Below are positions 12,723 through 24,815 of a DNA stretch of 64,000 nucleotides, piece by piece. A program made the position numbers and the translations under genes. The stretch is from Camelus dromedarius (lineage: Eukaryota). The stretch is taken from the NCBI RefSeq assembly GCF_036321535.1, contig NC_087437.1, positions 113,834,001 through 113,898,000 of the forward strand, written 5' to 3'. Every line of letters begins with the position of its first letter. Position 1 is the first letter of the stretch. The notes beneath the pieces are model-generated. The model was not told where the DNA came from and did no database searches. It was given only the letters and a program-made list of their open reading frames with translations.

Positions 12723-13169
12723 AAAAGTCATTTACAAGGAAAAATTCCACAAGGCTTTAATGCCACCATCCGAGAATTCTAGAGAATATCAAATGAACTA
12801 TCTTAAATTATTTCACACATGCTACCAGGTCATAAGAGTATGAGGTCATGCAAAATAAAACATTGAAACTGAATTAGCAACAGAGAACAGAGGAGATCTG
12901 CCTTGTAGCAGATGGGAGAGCACCCTGCGTGCCAGGCAGGACTCAGGCGCTGCGCGGGCGTTCGGGGCATCACTCTAGAAGGTAGAGGGGGCCTGAGTGG
13001 GTTCAGAGGGCACTTCTGGAAAGGTCCTTCTGTTTACCTGAACCGTCCCCCTCCCCAGCCCTGTGCTCCGCTGGCTGTGTTCCCTGTTTCTGGTGAGAAC
13101 TCTGACCTAAGTTCCTTTATTTGAGAACTAACCAGAACTACTTGCCACAGTGGATCTATTATGAGCCCC

Positions 13170-13198
13170 GGGAGTGGGGGGTGGGGGTGGGGGAGGGG
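13170..13198 (+). other. G-quadruplex-forming motif
   Basis: gggagtggggggtgggggtgggggagggg: five G-runs of at least 3 with 1-3 nt loops. Confidence 0.6.
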
Positions 13199-14254
13199 CA
13201 GAGACTCCGCAGCCCAAGACCTACAGGAAGCTGTGCTGCCGTGACTGCCAGTGACAGCAAGCCTGTGGTCTGGCTTCAGAACAGGATGGGTTACTCCCTC
13301 TCGTGGAGCTAGTCAGGTGACCCCCTGTCGAGACCCCCATCACCAAGGGAGTTTATCTAACTGCTGGGACATAAGAGTGGTGGAGATGGGCACACCGGTT
13401 TCCTAGGATGGGCTGACCCTCTGGATGGGACAGGAGTCCTAGAGCTGCTGACTACCTGCAAAACGCTCTCCATTTCTGATTTGTTCCTTAAGTTGCTCAG
13501 GCTTTAAGGAATGGGGCCAAGCCGCATAACCTGCATGGGGTCCAGGAGCAAGGTAGCCTGGGGGCAGTGTGTTCACTTAGATAGATTCTAAGGGTGTCCA
13601 GGAGAGCCCTCCTGATAGTTTCTGGAAAGATGGGGAGTGGGGCAAGGTAGACCCCCAGGAATAACCAAGAAAGAGGTGACAATCTTATAAACTTCCCTCC
13701 CCTTCTCACCTGTCTACCTAAACCAGAGAACCACTCATCCTTCTCAATACTCCTTCAAAGCTGTTTTTAGCCTTTATTTGTGTAAGTAAGTGAGGTGGGT
13801 GAGAAAGAGAAATGAAAAGTAGAGTCAGCTTTGGCCCAGCCTTCCCCGCGTGTCTGTGATCTTGGGATCATAGACTCCAAGGTCAGAGGGGATGACGGAG
13901 CCGCCGAGCAGACTGTTGAGGACTTGGGAGAAAGATGGGAGGTGGGATGGGAGGGATGGACAGGACCACATGGCGGGACTTCCCCAGAAATCTGGCTCCT
14001 GCTTCATCAGCCTTTGTGAACGTGCTGTGCTCCACTGAGATCAAATGCTCGGGAACTGGGCAGTTTTCCAACCTGTCCTTAATTGTACTCTTGACAGCAT
14101 GGTTTTATTATTGGTTTCTAAGTGTTGTGAATGCCAAGAAAATCAGACACCATAAAATGAAGGCTAGATTTTAAAACCAAGTATTAACCATACCTTTCAT
14201 GTGTATGTGTTTCCCAGTAGACAGCACATTTTTAATACCCATTAAGGCATTTCT

Positions 14255-14400
14255 CTTCGGCACCACTGCATGAGTTATGCAAGGACTTATGCCCACGTTG
14301 CATATGAAAAAAATCCGAAACTCAGAAAGGTTAAGTAATTTGCCCTAGGTCACCCAGCTAGTCAGTGGAAGAATGGGGACTAGGAATCAGGGCTTCTCCT
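14255..14400 (-). mobile_element. MIR
   Basis: gaaactcagaaaggttaagtaatttgccctaggtcacccagctagtcagtgg. Confidence 0.8.
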
Positions 14401-15199
14401 CACATCAGCAGTTTGGTTCTGGAATGTCTCTGCTCCATCTGCTGCTGATGAAGACTTGAACCTGTCCTGCTACAAAGGTACAGATAATTCACTCATTGAC
14501 AATTTTTCCCCAAGTGCTCTCTCCCTTTCTTAATAAAGTAGATCATTATTCGGATGGGTGGACATCCCTGAAAGTGAACATTTGAGAGACTCTGGATTGT
14601 AACATAAAGAAAAATTCTCTTCTGAATATTTCTGAACTATGAGAAAATGCTGTGGATAGAAACTGACTCTGTCATAGTCTCTTGGATAGACAATTCAATT
14701 CTCTACCTTCTCTGGGGTCAGATCATCCATTAGAGAAGCAAATCAAGTTCTGGAAAAGTCAGCTCATTGTCCAGATTTAGAGAGGGAAAGACTCTATTCA
14801 GAAATTAGCATGAAACCTTGACCCAGGAGCCATAAATCCTGTCCCTTCTCGCCAGTGCGGAGCAGGCTGGGTCCTTTGTGATGTTAAACTTCCAAGAATT
14901 GAGTGACAACTTATAAGAAATTCTGGCACTGAAGTTCAGGTGTGACCTTCACAAAAGAAACATCTAATTTACAAGCCCAAGACATCCCATTCTCCCTTCT
15001 TCATTACCCTTCAGACGAATAAGAGTTCGCCTGATTGGAGGAGTTCATTGTCATCTGAGAGAGCAATAAAGGCTCCTCGACGGGCTATGCCTACAGAGGT
15101 TTGCACATTGAAAATTATTTGGTTAGGGCCAGGAAGCAAATATTCTTTAAACATGATCCTTCTGTGTGATAGTGCCAAAAAAAAAATAATAAAACATTT

Positions 15200-15735
15200 T
15201 GGTACCCCATTTCATGAAGTGGGGAAAATGTCCTTTCATACACTGTTACTTGGAGTGAAAACAACTCAGTATTTTGGAAAGCAAAATTTAGCAATTTCTC
15301 AAAAATGTTAAATAGGCCTGTCTTTTGACCCAGCGACACTTCCTCTAGGAGTTTCTCACAAAGAGATGCTGCCAGATGAGCACAGAGAGGACCACTCAGT
15401 GATGCTTATCTTAGCCTTGTTTATAAAAGTAAATAACTAGTCACAACTTGACCATCAGTCGGTGGGCTATGGGCTGAATAAATGTTAGTTTCATTATGCC
15501 ATAGAACACTGCGCAGTTAATGGAGATAGGTCCCCATGAACCAATGTGAAGCAGGAAAAGCAAGTAACTGGATGATCTGTGTATTGGGTTTCTTTTTTTT
15601 TTTTTTTTGTAAAAAATAAAAATAAGAGAGCATATATATTTGTACAATGTATAACATATATTTAAAATATTGTATGTGCATAAATAATGGACTGGAAGTA
15701 GATATACCAAGTTTGAATAGTTTTCACCTCTTGTA
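15200..15735 (+). mobile_element. Ancient L1M (L1ME/MC-like) 3' region
   Basis: catacactgttacttggagtg...ttttggaaagcaaaatttagcaat...ttttgacccagcgacacttcctctagga. Confidence 0.7.
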
Positions 15736-15759
15736 AGAGAGGATAAGGAAAGGATTACT

Positions 15760-15843
15760 TTCTTTTTCTATTCCTTCCTCCCTTCCTTCCTCCCTCCCTC
15801 CCTCCCTTCCTTCCTCCCTTCCATTCTTCCGTCCTTCCTTCCT
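15760..15843. repeat. (TTCC)n/(TCCC)n pyrimidine repeat
   Basis: Directly visible. Confidence 0.9.
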
Positions 15844-15944
15844 TTTTGTACACAGTCCAGTACTTTTAAGGTTTCTGCATTGAGCAAGTACTACTTTCAG
15901 AGCTTAAATGTCAAGAAAACTTTAAGGAAGAAGCAGCCACATGT

Positions 15945-16180
15945 CCGGGGAGGCTGCTGTATGCTGGGCAGGATGCTGACTATCACACGTGTGTAATCTC
16001 GTGGGCTTCTCGTGATGGGTCTATGGTGTAGGCAGTGACGTCATCTGATTTCACAAAGGAGGAAAGTGAGGATCATAAAGACTGAATGACGTGCCCCAGT
16101 TTCAACAGTTAGTGAGGGCAGAACAACACCTGACTCAGGGCTCCTGACAAGGAGACCACACTCTTTCCCCTTCACTGTGA
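15945..16180 (-). mobile_element. MIR carrying a full CRE (TGACGTCA 16036-16043) and an AP-1 site (16131-16137)
   Basis: atttcacaaaggaggaaagtgagg...tgccccagtttcaacagttagtgagggcaga MIR core; motifs visible. Confidence 0.65.
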
Positions 16181-17669
16181 CTCCCCCTTCGGAGAGTGGT
16201 CTGTGCCGAAGGTCTACAGAGAGCCATGGAAGGCTCTGGATGAGGCACTAGCAGACTTGAGTTTTCTCAGAGAGAGGCGTGCTGGAGCCCTTTCAAGGGG
16301 ACAGGGTCTCCCCCTGTGCTGAGAGCTGCACCCCAGCTGCTGCTCTGGTGCTGGTTCTCTGCACAGGCTCGCAGTGACTGCAGTGACGGCAGAGCTGAAG
16401 GACATGGCCCTGGCCTTCTCTGGGCTTCCTCTGAGGGGAAAGAACAATCCTTACGTGGAAACACAATGGCTTCTTCACCCCAGCTCCTGAAGAAAGCCAA
16501 GGGCAGCTTGCTCTCAGAAGTGCTGTTTTCCTGGGCGAACTGGGTCAAATGTATGGATGGGGAGAGGCTGCCCATTGGGTGCTGGCATCCCTTCTTCTGG
16601 GAACAGGGTTTTGGCTTTGCTGCAAGTGGCCACGGGGATCTGGTTACAGCCGGGCTAAGCTGGAATAAAGGCCAAGCCTGGGGTCAAGCAAGGCCTGAGA
16701 ACTGTCCGGGGACAAACTCACTCTCAGCCCTCAGCCAAGTGGGACAGGTCTCAGGGTCCCTTCCCTCAGCTCTCAGAGGCTACAACAACACCGTCCTGAT
16801 GACTTCTGGGGAACACCGAAGACAAAGGAAGCTTGAGAAGGTGAACACATGGGGATTCAAAGGTTCTCGTAAGACCACTCAGGGGCCCGTGCATTGACAT
16901 GGTGTGTAACCCTGGGATTATGAGCTTTAATTTGTATCTCAAATTCCTTCATCCCAGAAGGCTTTTGTCTATCTGACTGCACTTGACAACTCTCCATCTT
17001 TTAAGAGCTGACACAGATATGGCTTCCTCCAGGCAGGCTTGTCCATGTCGAGGCCTGGCAGGGGCCCTTCTGCTGCCCTAAGGGTCCTGTGAGTCACCTC
17101 TGCTGTCCAGCACCTCCCCTTCCATGGCCATTCTGTTCCTTTTTACATCTCACTCCTCCACTCAGCCATGAGCCAAGGAAACGCATCAGAATCCCCTCCC
17201 CAACACAGAGCTGGTACGGTCAGTAGCTGTCACCTGCTTGAACTGAAAGGTAAGACAGCTGTCCTCCACCCAACGAAGAACAGGGTGTGAGCCACCACGT
17301 GGGCCCTGGTGTCGGGTCTGTGACCAGCCGGAGAAGGGGAGAGCCTTCCAGAGGGAGCCTAGGGAGAGTGGAAGGAGCAGCAGCCTGTGAGTGACATTAG
17401 AGGTAAAAGACCTAAAAGAGATTAACAAGCCCCCTCTCACGAAGGATGCCCCTCCTGGCAGATTAATCGAACCAAAGACAGACATTTAAGAAGACACATT
17501 CCAACGTGTGGAGAGTCCTCTAGGAAGAGAAATGGCCAAAAAAAAAAAAAAAAAAAAAGACCCTCTCAGTTCCCACTCATTCCCCTCAGAGCTGATTGGG
17601 CACTTTTGAGCAGTGCACAAACTGCACAACTGGACATGGTGGCCCAAAATATAATATTCTAATACCACG

Positions 17670-17890
17670 AGCTGAGTTCCTGCTAGAGCCAGGCTGTAGA
17701 TCAGCTGTTTTTCCTGTCTAATTTTATCTCCACATCAACTCTGTGAAATATGGTAATGTCCTCATTTTAAAGACAAGATAAACTGAGGCTCACAGAGGAC
17801 ATTTTCTCAAGGCTGTCTGCTAACAAGGAGAATCTGGCGTCCGCTCGCACTGTGCTGGCTCTCGGGACTTGCTTCTAACTGACACTCTAC
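17670..17890 (-). mobile_element. MIR
   Basis: ctcattttaaagacaagataaactgaggctcacagagg. Confidence 0.65.
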
Positions 17891-18677
17891 TAGGTATCAG
17901 GAAGGGAAATGTAAGGGGACATCGAGATTCACACTCTGCCAGAAACTGATGGGTGAGAGGAAACACATCCAGGGAAAGGAATCATCTTCAGAAAATGGGA
18001 GATTTCAGGCCAGGGGGAGAGGTCATCTGGGATATTTTACAAAACACATTGATGGCGAAAGCCAACAGGCATCTGTTTTAGGAGAAGCAGCACCTGCCTG
18101 TGTGGGGGACATGAAGAGTGTGATACAGTAACACCTGTTCTCTTAACGTGCCATGGCAAAGGCTTCGAGACAGTTGGCTAAGATCACAAGACAGAAGGAT
18201 GGGCAAGCTGTGGCCTCAGAGAAGCAGGCTGTGGGGCTGAGAAAGAAGGAAAAACAAAGAATTCCGATTGGGCATAAAAGAGTTGCAGTGGTAGCAGCAG
18301 AAATGCTGAAACCAATAAAAACACAGTAAGTTTTGTTTGCAAACAAAACAGAAAGGAATGAGTTGGGAGACTATGACTCTAGTAAAAGACGGAGGAGAAG
18401 CAGCAGAAAAAAAAGAATGGGAATTTTAGATCTATTTGTTGAAGAAAAGCTACCCCTAAGTATATAAATAAATAGTAGTTGTAAGAATTACAGACCTGTG
18501 TTTTGACGGATACTGGGAGAAGCTTATTTACTGGTAGGAGGAGAAGTATAAATATGGTTAGTGTACATATAATATTTTATTTTTCTAAAGTCTGCTAGGA
18601 ATACATTAAATAATTTGCATAAAGGTAATTAGTATGTTAAGCCTTGGTTTAAATCTAAGGAATAGCTGGATCAATCT

Positions 18678-18865
18678 CAGTTGACCCCTGAACAACATGG
18701 GTTTGAACTGCATGGGTCCATTATACGTGAGTATTTTTCAATATACGGGTCATGGCTACATGATCCATGGCTGGTTAAATCCAGGGATGTGGAGGAACCA
18801 GGGGTATGGAACTCTGACTATAAGTTATATGTGGATTAATCTCTCCATTGCTCAAAGGCCAACTG
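18678..18865 (+). mobile_element. TcMar-Tigger MITE (Tigger2/MER8-like)
   Basis: TIRs CAGTTGACCCCTGAACAAC ... TTGCTCAAAGGCCAACTG followed by TA. Confidence 0.8.
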
Positions 18866-18987
18866 TATTTCAAAAATAATTATTAAACACACTTGAAGTA
18901 TTAAGCCCTGTGGTAGATACTGGGGCCACCAAGAACAGCTAGACATCAGTTGTGCCTTCAAGGGCCTACACCACAGTTAGAAGTAGA

Positions 18988-20010
18988 AAATGGGGTGCCA
19001 AGGGCAGGCAGTGGGGTACAACCCAGCTTTGGCAGTAAGGGGGTACATTTTCCCTAGAGAATTTTAATACAATAATGAAACTGACTAAAAGCCAGTCACT
19101 CTAAACAAAGTCAATGATAAAATACTCTTCCTTCCAAGAAAGTCTTTTGTTGGTCTTAGTAGGAGTTTGACAAATTATAGCCCCTGGGTTGAATCCAGCT
19201 GGTTGTCTGGTTTTATAAATAAAGTTTTATTGGAACACAGCCATGCTCATTCATTTACATATTATCTATGGCTGCTTTCTTTTGTGCTACAAAGGCAGAG
19301 TTAAGTAGTTGTGACAGAGACCAGATGGCTGCAGAGAATAAAATATTTACTATCTGGCTCTTATAGAAAAATATTTGCCACCGCTTGGTCTAAGTTATAA
19401 ACAATTGCTGCGCTTACTGCTGAGTTTTGATAATATATATGTCAACTTCAATTAGCACATTTTTATTACTCGTCCTTTAATAAACATTGTATTCTACAGG
19501 GAAATTAATTCTATGACTCCCAGGTACATAGACTCAGCTACTTGCGTTTGTTTTGAGAGTAAGTTTGTCACTGGTTGGGCTCCATTCTTCACTCCAACCC
19601 TTATAATATTCTCCCCTCTAAAGAGTAGGTTCAAAAAGCGTCATGACAGCTCTCTGACTCTAAAGTAGAAGAAACTGAACTTGAGTTACTCCAATTGTTT
19701 TGTTCTCTTTGTCCATTTAGAAAAGTTATTCACATTTAAAATTTAAAATAGTCAGACAGAGTGCCAGCTGCAAGGGGTAATCATCTTACTTGGAAAGTGC
19801 AGATTTTAGTTCCTACACAGACTATTGAATAGAATTTCAACACTATCTTTAAAACTGAAATTAATTTATTTACACATATCATTTGGTTTAAAATTAAAGA
19901 ATGAATCAAGAAAATCATGATTATTGCAGATCATAAGATGACTATTACTGAAAATAATTTTGTCCAAAAAAAAGAAAGCATGTCAAAGACACTGCACCTC
20001 CAAAGTTATG
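18988..20010 (+). mobile_element. hAT-Tip100 DNA transposon (MER97-like), interrupted by MER58A
   Basis: ggtgccaagggcagg...gcagtaagggggtacatt...gagaattttaatacaataatgaaactgactaaaag...ttttgttggtct|aagttataaacaattgctgcg, resembling the recalled MER97 consensus. Confidence 0.6.
19160..19387 (+). mobile_element. MER58A (hAT-Charlie MITE)
   Basis: aaataaagttttattggaacacagccatgctcattcatttacatattatctatggctgcttt...agttgtgacagagacc...aatatttactatctggc; flanked by GGTCTTAG / GGTCTAAG. Confidence 0.9.
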
Positions 20011-20334
20011 TGACCCTTTAACAGTGACCATGTTATGAGGGAAGTCTGCAGGTCATGAGAAGTGGGTCAGGATAGAGAGCCATGGAGGCTTTGAGGAGGT
20101 CAGTTTTCCCAATGGAAGAAATCAGTGTTTGTCCTATTTGTAGAAAATGCTTCTGGGTAGCCCTCATTGTGCCTGTGCGGATGTGAGAGCTTGTACGTGG
20201 GCTCGTGCACCAGCAAGTGTGAGCACACACAGAGAGCAACTCTCTGCTCTTTGGTGGTGGGTTCTTCAGGACCATCCCCAGGACTGCACCAGTAGAAAGG
20301 GGGATGAAAGTCAGAAAGTAAGTCAGAAGGACTT

Positions 20335-20440
20335 CCTTCCTTCCATAAATGTGTGCTGAACACATACCATGTGCTAAGCATTGTGCCAGGTTTGGGAAAT
20401 ACAGGCCCTGCCCTCATGGAGCTTACAGTGAGTTGGGTGT
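20335..20440 (-). mobile_element. LINE-2 3' fragment
   Basis: gctgaacacataccatgtgctaagcattgtgccagg...ccctgccctcatggagcttacagt. Confidence 0.7.
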
Positions 20441-23384
20441 ATCTGTCTGCACATGTGCATCCCAAGCAAAGGGGTTCGTGGGGACTTGTGTGCTTCCTTC
20501 CCACAGCAACTTCAACACTAGTGATGCCTGGAAAAATCAGACTACTGAATAGATTGGAAGAAAGATGAGGAACACGTTCTCCAGCTACTCCTGCTGGGCC
20601 TCCTCATGACTATTGGTGGCTTCTCATCCCAAAGTCTGATCCTTTGTGTACACCCGTGGCTTGTGAGTCACTGAGGAGTTACAACTGTGACCCTGACTCT
20701 AACAAGGAGAGCCATTTGTTTATCCTTTGAAATGTGACCAGCTGGCCCATTAAATTTGCAGCATTAATTCAAAAAGGAAATTAGATTCCAACCAGAGTCA
20801 TTAATCTTTTAAAAATAGAGCCACAAGAAGAGAGCATTGATAATCAGAAGGTAATTTTCTGAGTTAGGAAGTGGGCAAGACACTGGTGTCAAGGCTCCCG
20901 TACATCTAAGCTTCCCAAGGCATTTTCTTCAACGACTCAGCCAGGTCAAGGCAATGGCTTTAAGTCTGGGGAAAAGACCACTTCAAAGGGCCATGGCTTC
21001 CAAAGATTCAGCCAAGACCCTTCCTTAGCAACAATGAAGGAAATGACATGCATTGAATCATTACCATCTGGTCATCGATCTTTCTCCCATTCAAACACAT
21101 TCCTTACCAAGGCAGGTCTATTTAGGACATGGGTTCATACGGCATTGCTGCTCAGAGTGGCTCAGCGATGGTTAGAAAATGATCCATTTATTTACATTTA
21201 TACTCTTCTTTTTTAAACTTGTTAATCCTTCTGCAGTCTGTCAGCTCTTAAAAAATGATGATGTTTTTCATTAAAGGAAACTAAGTCTTTCTCAGTAATT
21301 TAATCTAAAAGCAAAACCTCCCAGAACTAGTTTATATCCTTTTAATTTAATTCTTTACTGCTTCTGTATTCTACTAAAATTGAAATATCATTTACCCAGG
21401 TTTTTTTGGTGGTGGTTGTTCAATTCATCTCTCTTATTTTTTTTTGCCATTCAGTTCTAGGTCTTTAAAAAATACACTCCTGTTGTCCAAAGCTTCTAAG
21501 AAAAATTTGTTACTGAGCATATGAATAAATATTTTTCTATGTCACCCACCTTTTATTTAAAAAATGAGTAATCAGAAAACCAAGGTGATGTGAGCATTTG
21601 CCCTATCATTTGTAGGCACAATTTAACTGGTTTTTAATTGATAATACGGGAGGTGGAGAAGGTCTAGTTTTGTTATACCTGCTCCTAATTACTCAAGAAA
21701 TTTAACTATTTGTAACATCTGCCACCAGGGAAAGAATAAAGACAGACTAAAGAGGACTTGAAATTAATTGCATGACTTTCAGGTCACAATAAGAAGGAAG
21801 GGAGTTCTTGGCCAGAACCCAGTGTTGATGAATCAAAGTTTGGTTTGGTTTCAATTACTCCCATTGACATGAGGAATTATGCATTTAGTCCTAATAATCA
21901 AATCAGAATCAAGAGGCCACTCACATGCAAAGTGACCTCTACAGAGCTTTTTAAAAAATATTTTCTCAACCACTTGACTAGATTCCTTAATACAAAGCAA
22001 GAATTTCTTCTAAAAATACCTTCTTTTTCTTTTTGCAAATCAATGGCTATTATTTTCCATCACCAACTATCTCACATGCATATTGTCTCTTTCTAATCCC
22101 AAACCCATAAGAGGAAACTCCCCATATAGCTTAGGTTGTGCAAGAGATTCTGTGTCTCCAAACATGGGTTGGAATCTTCTGAAACTCATCAGGAATGTTC
22201 TGAGGGAAAGGTACATTTTTGACATTTCTATGCACTGTGGTGGGAGTCATATCCATCCGTTCTGCTCTAGATGGGAAACCCTGATATCTTTGTCTATGGC
22301 TGTGCCAGCATTTTTGTTGATATCTTCGTGTGCCAGTTAATCTATACTGGTAGGCAAGAAGGAAATAAATCAATGCTGTTTATTTCCCAGAGGAAATCTT
22401 CCATCTTTCCAGGCATCTCAATGTGTTCTGACTTTTCTCCTATAAGTGTCATCAGTACACGTACAAACTGCCATACACTAATGCCAGTTATACAAATATG
22501 TCACAAACAGAAAATTTTTAAAAAATAGAAAAGGTTTCTTTCTATTTACTGGAAGCACTGAAACAGAATAAGTATTAAATACTGGCAAATTACTATCCCA
22601 TGAGGCTTCTAGGTTGAAATGTTCAGTCTATTATGTGGATGAGAAATATCATGACGAATGTGCCAAGGAACTTCTATGTCAATGGGAAATTAATTTTGTT
22701 ATAGAAGAAAAAGTGACTTTTATTTTTAATTCAAAACATCAGAAATGTCAGCAGCCTAAGTGACTGTTGGTTTAACCACATCTTCTCTAAATTGGCAACA
22801 CAAGGCAATGGCCTAAATTTAGGCACTGCAATTGTGGCTTTGGTTTCAGAACCATCGCACAGTTGTTAGTGACCATACTTGAGCAGAGGAAAAAACTGCT
22901 CAGGGTAGGGAAGGAATTTGCAAACTGCCACAGTGGGTTAATTTAAACTAACTTGGATCTCAGTCATGAGAGTCACATATGTCTTCTGGAATTATCTGGC
23001 CAAGCTTGTCCTGGTTAGATCAATGAGAAAAGACTGCTTTGTTTTTTTTAATTAAAAAGACAGAGAGATGAGAAAAGACATTTAAACATCTAATGCCTGA
23101 GCAAATGTCTTCAAATAGAAAAGTTAGCTGGAAACTCAAATTTTGAAGTCTAATTCTTGGGTTCCAATGTCTTTCAACCTACCTACGGAAGCTACGTGCA
23201 GTGATTATTTCACAGAGGTTTAGAATCAAGATTTGTGTTTTGTGTCACACCATAATTATGCCATCATGACATGTTACCTCTTTTTGCCTCATTTTTTTTA
23301 CAGTCGTAAAATGGGCTCCATGTTTCCAAGGTGATGTGTGATCAAGCTGGTAGTGACAGTGTTGTTTCCACCCATTCATTCAAA

Positions 23385-23990
23385 CAACCCAGAAATTCCA
23401 CTCCAAACCTCTACCCAAGAGTAACTCTTGCACATGTGCATAGGAAGACACAAACAAGAATATTCTTGGCCAAAAATTGTAAACATATTAAAAAGACCTA
23501 AATTTCTAACATCAGGAAAATGGATTATGAATGGGACTTAGCTATGTATATCTTTGTGTGTGTGAGGACATGCACTCAAAATACACAATGTAATACAATT
23601 TGGGAGCAAAATGTATGTATCAGCATGGATCTATCTCAAAACATAGAGTACTGAATGAAAATAACCATTTGAAGAAGGATACATAGGTGTGGCACCATTT
23701 ATTTTGGAGTTTATACACAAATTTGTACATGTATTTTAGACTTGCATGTAGTAAAGGTACAGATAAATGCATGGGAATGAGAAACACCAAATCCAGAGAG
23801 TGGTTCTTTCCATGAGGCTGGGAGGAGAATGACATCAAGAGACATAATGACCGGGTAATGCTTCATTTCTAATACTTTATTGGATAATAAGCCCAGGAGT
23901 CATTATTATACTATTTGTATTAATTTTACTAACTAATCAATAAGATATATTTCATTATACTATTCTTTATTCCTTTTTGAACATATGATA
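23385..23990 (+). mobile_element. Ancient L1ME-like 3' region
   Basis: acccagaaattccactcc...cttgcacatgtgcataggaagaca...catggatctatctcaaaacata. Confidence 0.7.
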
Positions 23991-24482
23991 TATTTACTAG
24001 TCTTTCAAAAGTCTAGAAAAAAGAGGTAAATGGGGTCGAGAACTGAGATTCTTTCCAGATAATTTGTAGTGAAAGCAGCGTGTTGTAAAGGTGAGCAGCA
24101 GAGCTTAACCGGTACCCAGGTTACCTGTGCAGTTTTGAAGGCAATGGGAAAGAAGCCAGTGGGAAAAGAGAGATTTACTATTCTGTTAAGAGTGACCATT
24201 TACATGGTGGGGTGCCTGAGTAAGATGGAGACAATGGCATTACAGGGGTAGATGGAAAGTTTGACTTATAATGAAGAAAGAGCAGCATCTTCTCTAAGCC
24301 TGGAGTGGAGTTAAAGATGGAATCAGAGAGGGTGAAATTCTTTGCAGAGGAAACTAGCTAAGGGAGCTCATGCTGGATGCTGTTGATTTCATCAAATAAA
24401 GGCAGCGAAATGACCTGCGGAATCCTTCCCAGGTGCCAAGTCTCACATTGTTTTCCCTTCTTTCTGCCCTCTATGTACTTAC

Positions 24483-24611
24483 CCGTCCTCTCCACAATCT
24501 TCCCATCACTGCTACTAAATTTTTGAAGGGAGGCACACTGCCTGCTGTCTTTAGTATCTTCAGCATTGACATAGTCATCATAGCATGTAAAAGATGGTCA
24601 AAAAACCTTGG
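24483..24611 (-). other. Candidate exon (129 nt) lying antisense in an L2 3' fragment
   Basis: Acceptor cctcttgctttttactcatttag|C, donor CGG|GTAAGT; frame 1 open (PRFFDHLLHAMMTMSMLKILKTAGSVPPFKNLVAVMGRLWRGR). Confidence 0.3.
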
Positions 24612-24671
24612 CTAAATGAGTAAAAAGCAAGAGGTAGTATCAAGATTGGGTTTCAAAAGGGGAAAGACAGA

Positions 24672-24815
24672 GGGGACGGTATGGCTCAGTGGTAAAGTGT
24701 ATGCTTAGCATGCATGAGGTCCTGGGTTCAATCCCCGGGACTTCCATCAAAATAAATAAATAAACCTAGTTACCTCCCCCGACCAAAAAACAAACAAACG
24801 AAAAACAAAAAAAAA
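24672..24815 (+). mobile_element. tRNA-derived SINE, Vic-1-like (camelid)
   Basis: GGGGACGGTATGGCTCAGTGGTAAAG (A box) ...GCATGCATGAGGTCCTGGGTTCAATCCCC (B box), tail ...ATAAATAAATAAACCTAGTTACCTCCCCC plus A-rich end. Confidence 0.85.

Noticed and set aside
12309..12782. His/Thr-rich and Cys/Val-rich ORFs
   Set aside because: Translations of CA/TG low-complexity sequence
16316..16897. Longest ORF in the track (193 aa)
   Set aside because: Non-ATG start, no recognisable domain, composition typical of GC-rich non-coding DNA
22811..22824. Perfect 14-bp palindrome GCCTAAATTTAGGC
   Set aside because: A few such palindromes are expected by chance in 64 kb; W8 spacing is not a CArG box
24672..24745. 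tRNA-Ala-like gene
   Set aside because: Followed by SINE body and A-rich tail; it is a SINE head, not a tRNA gene
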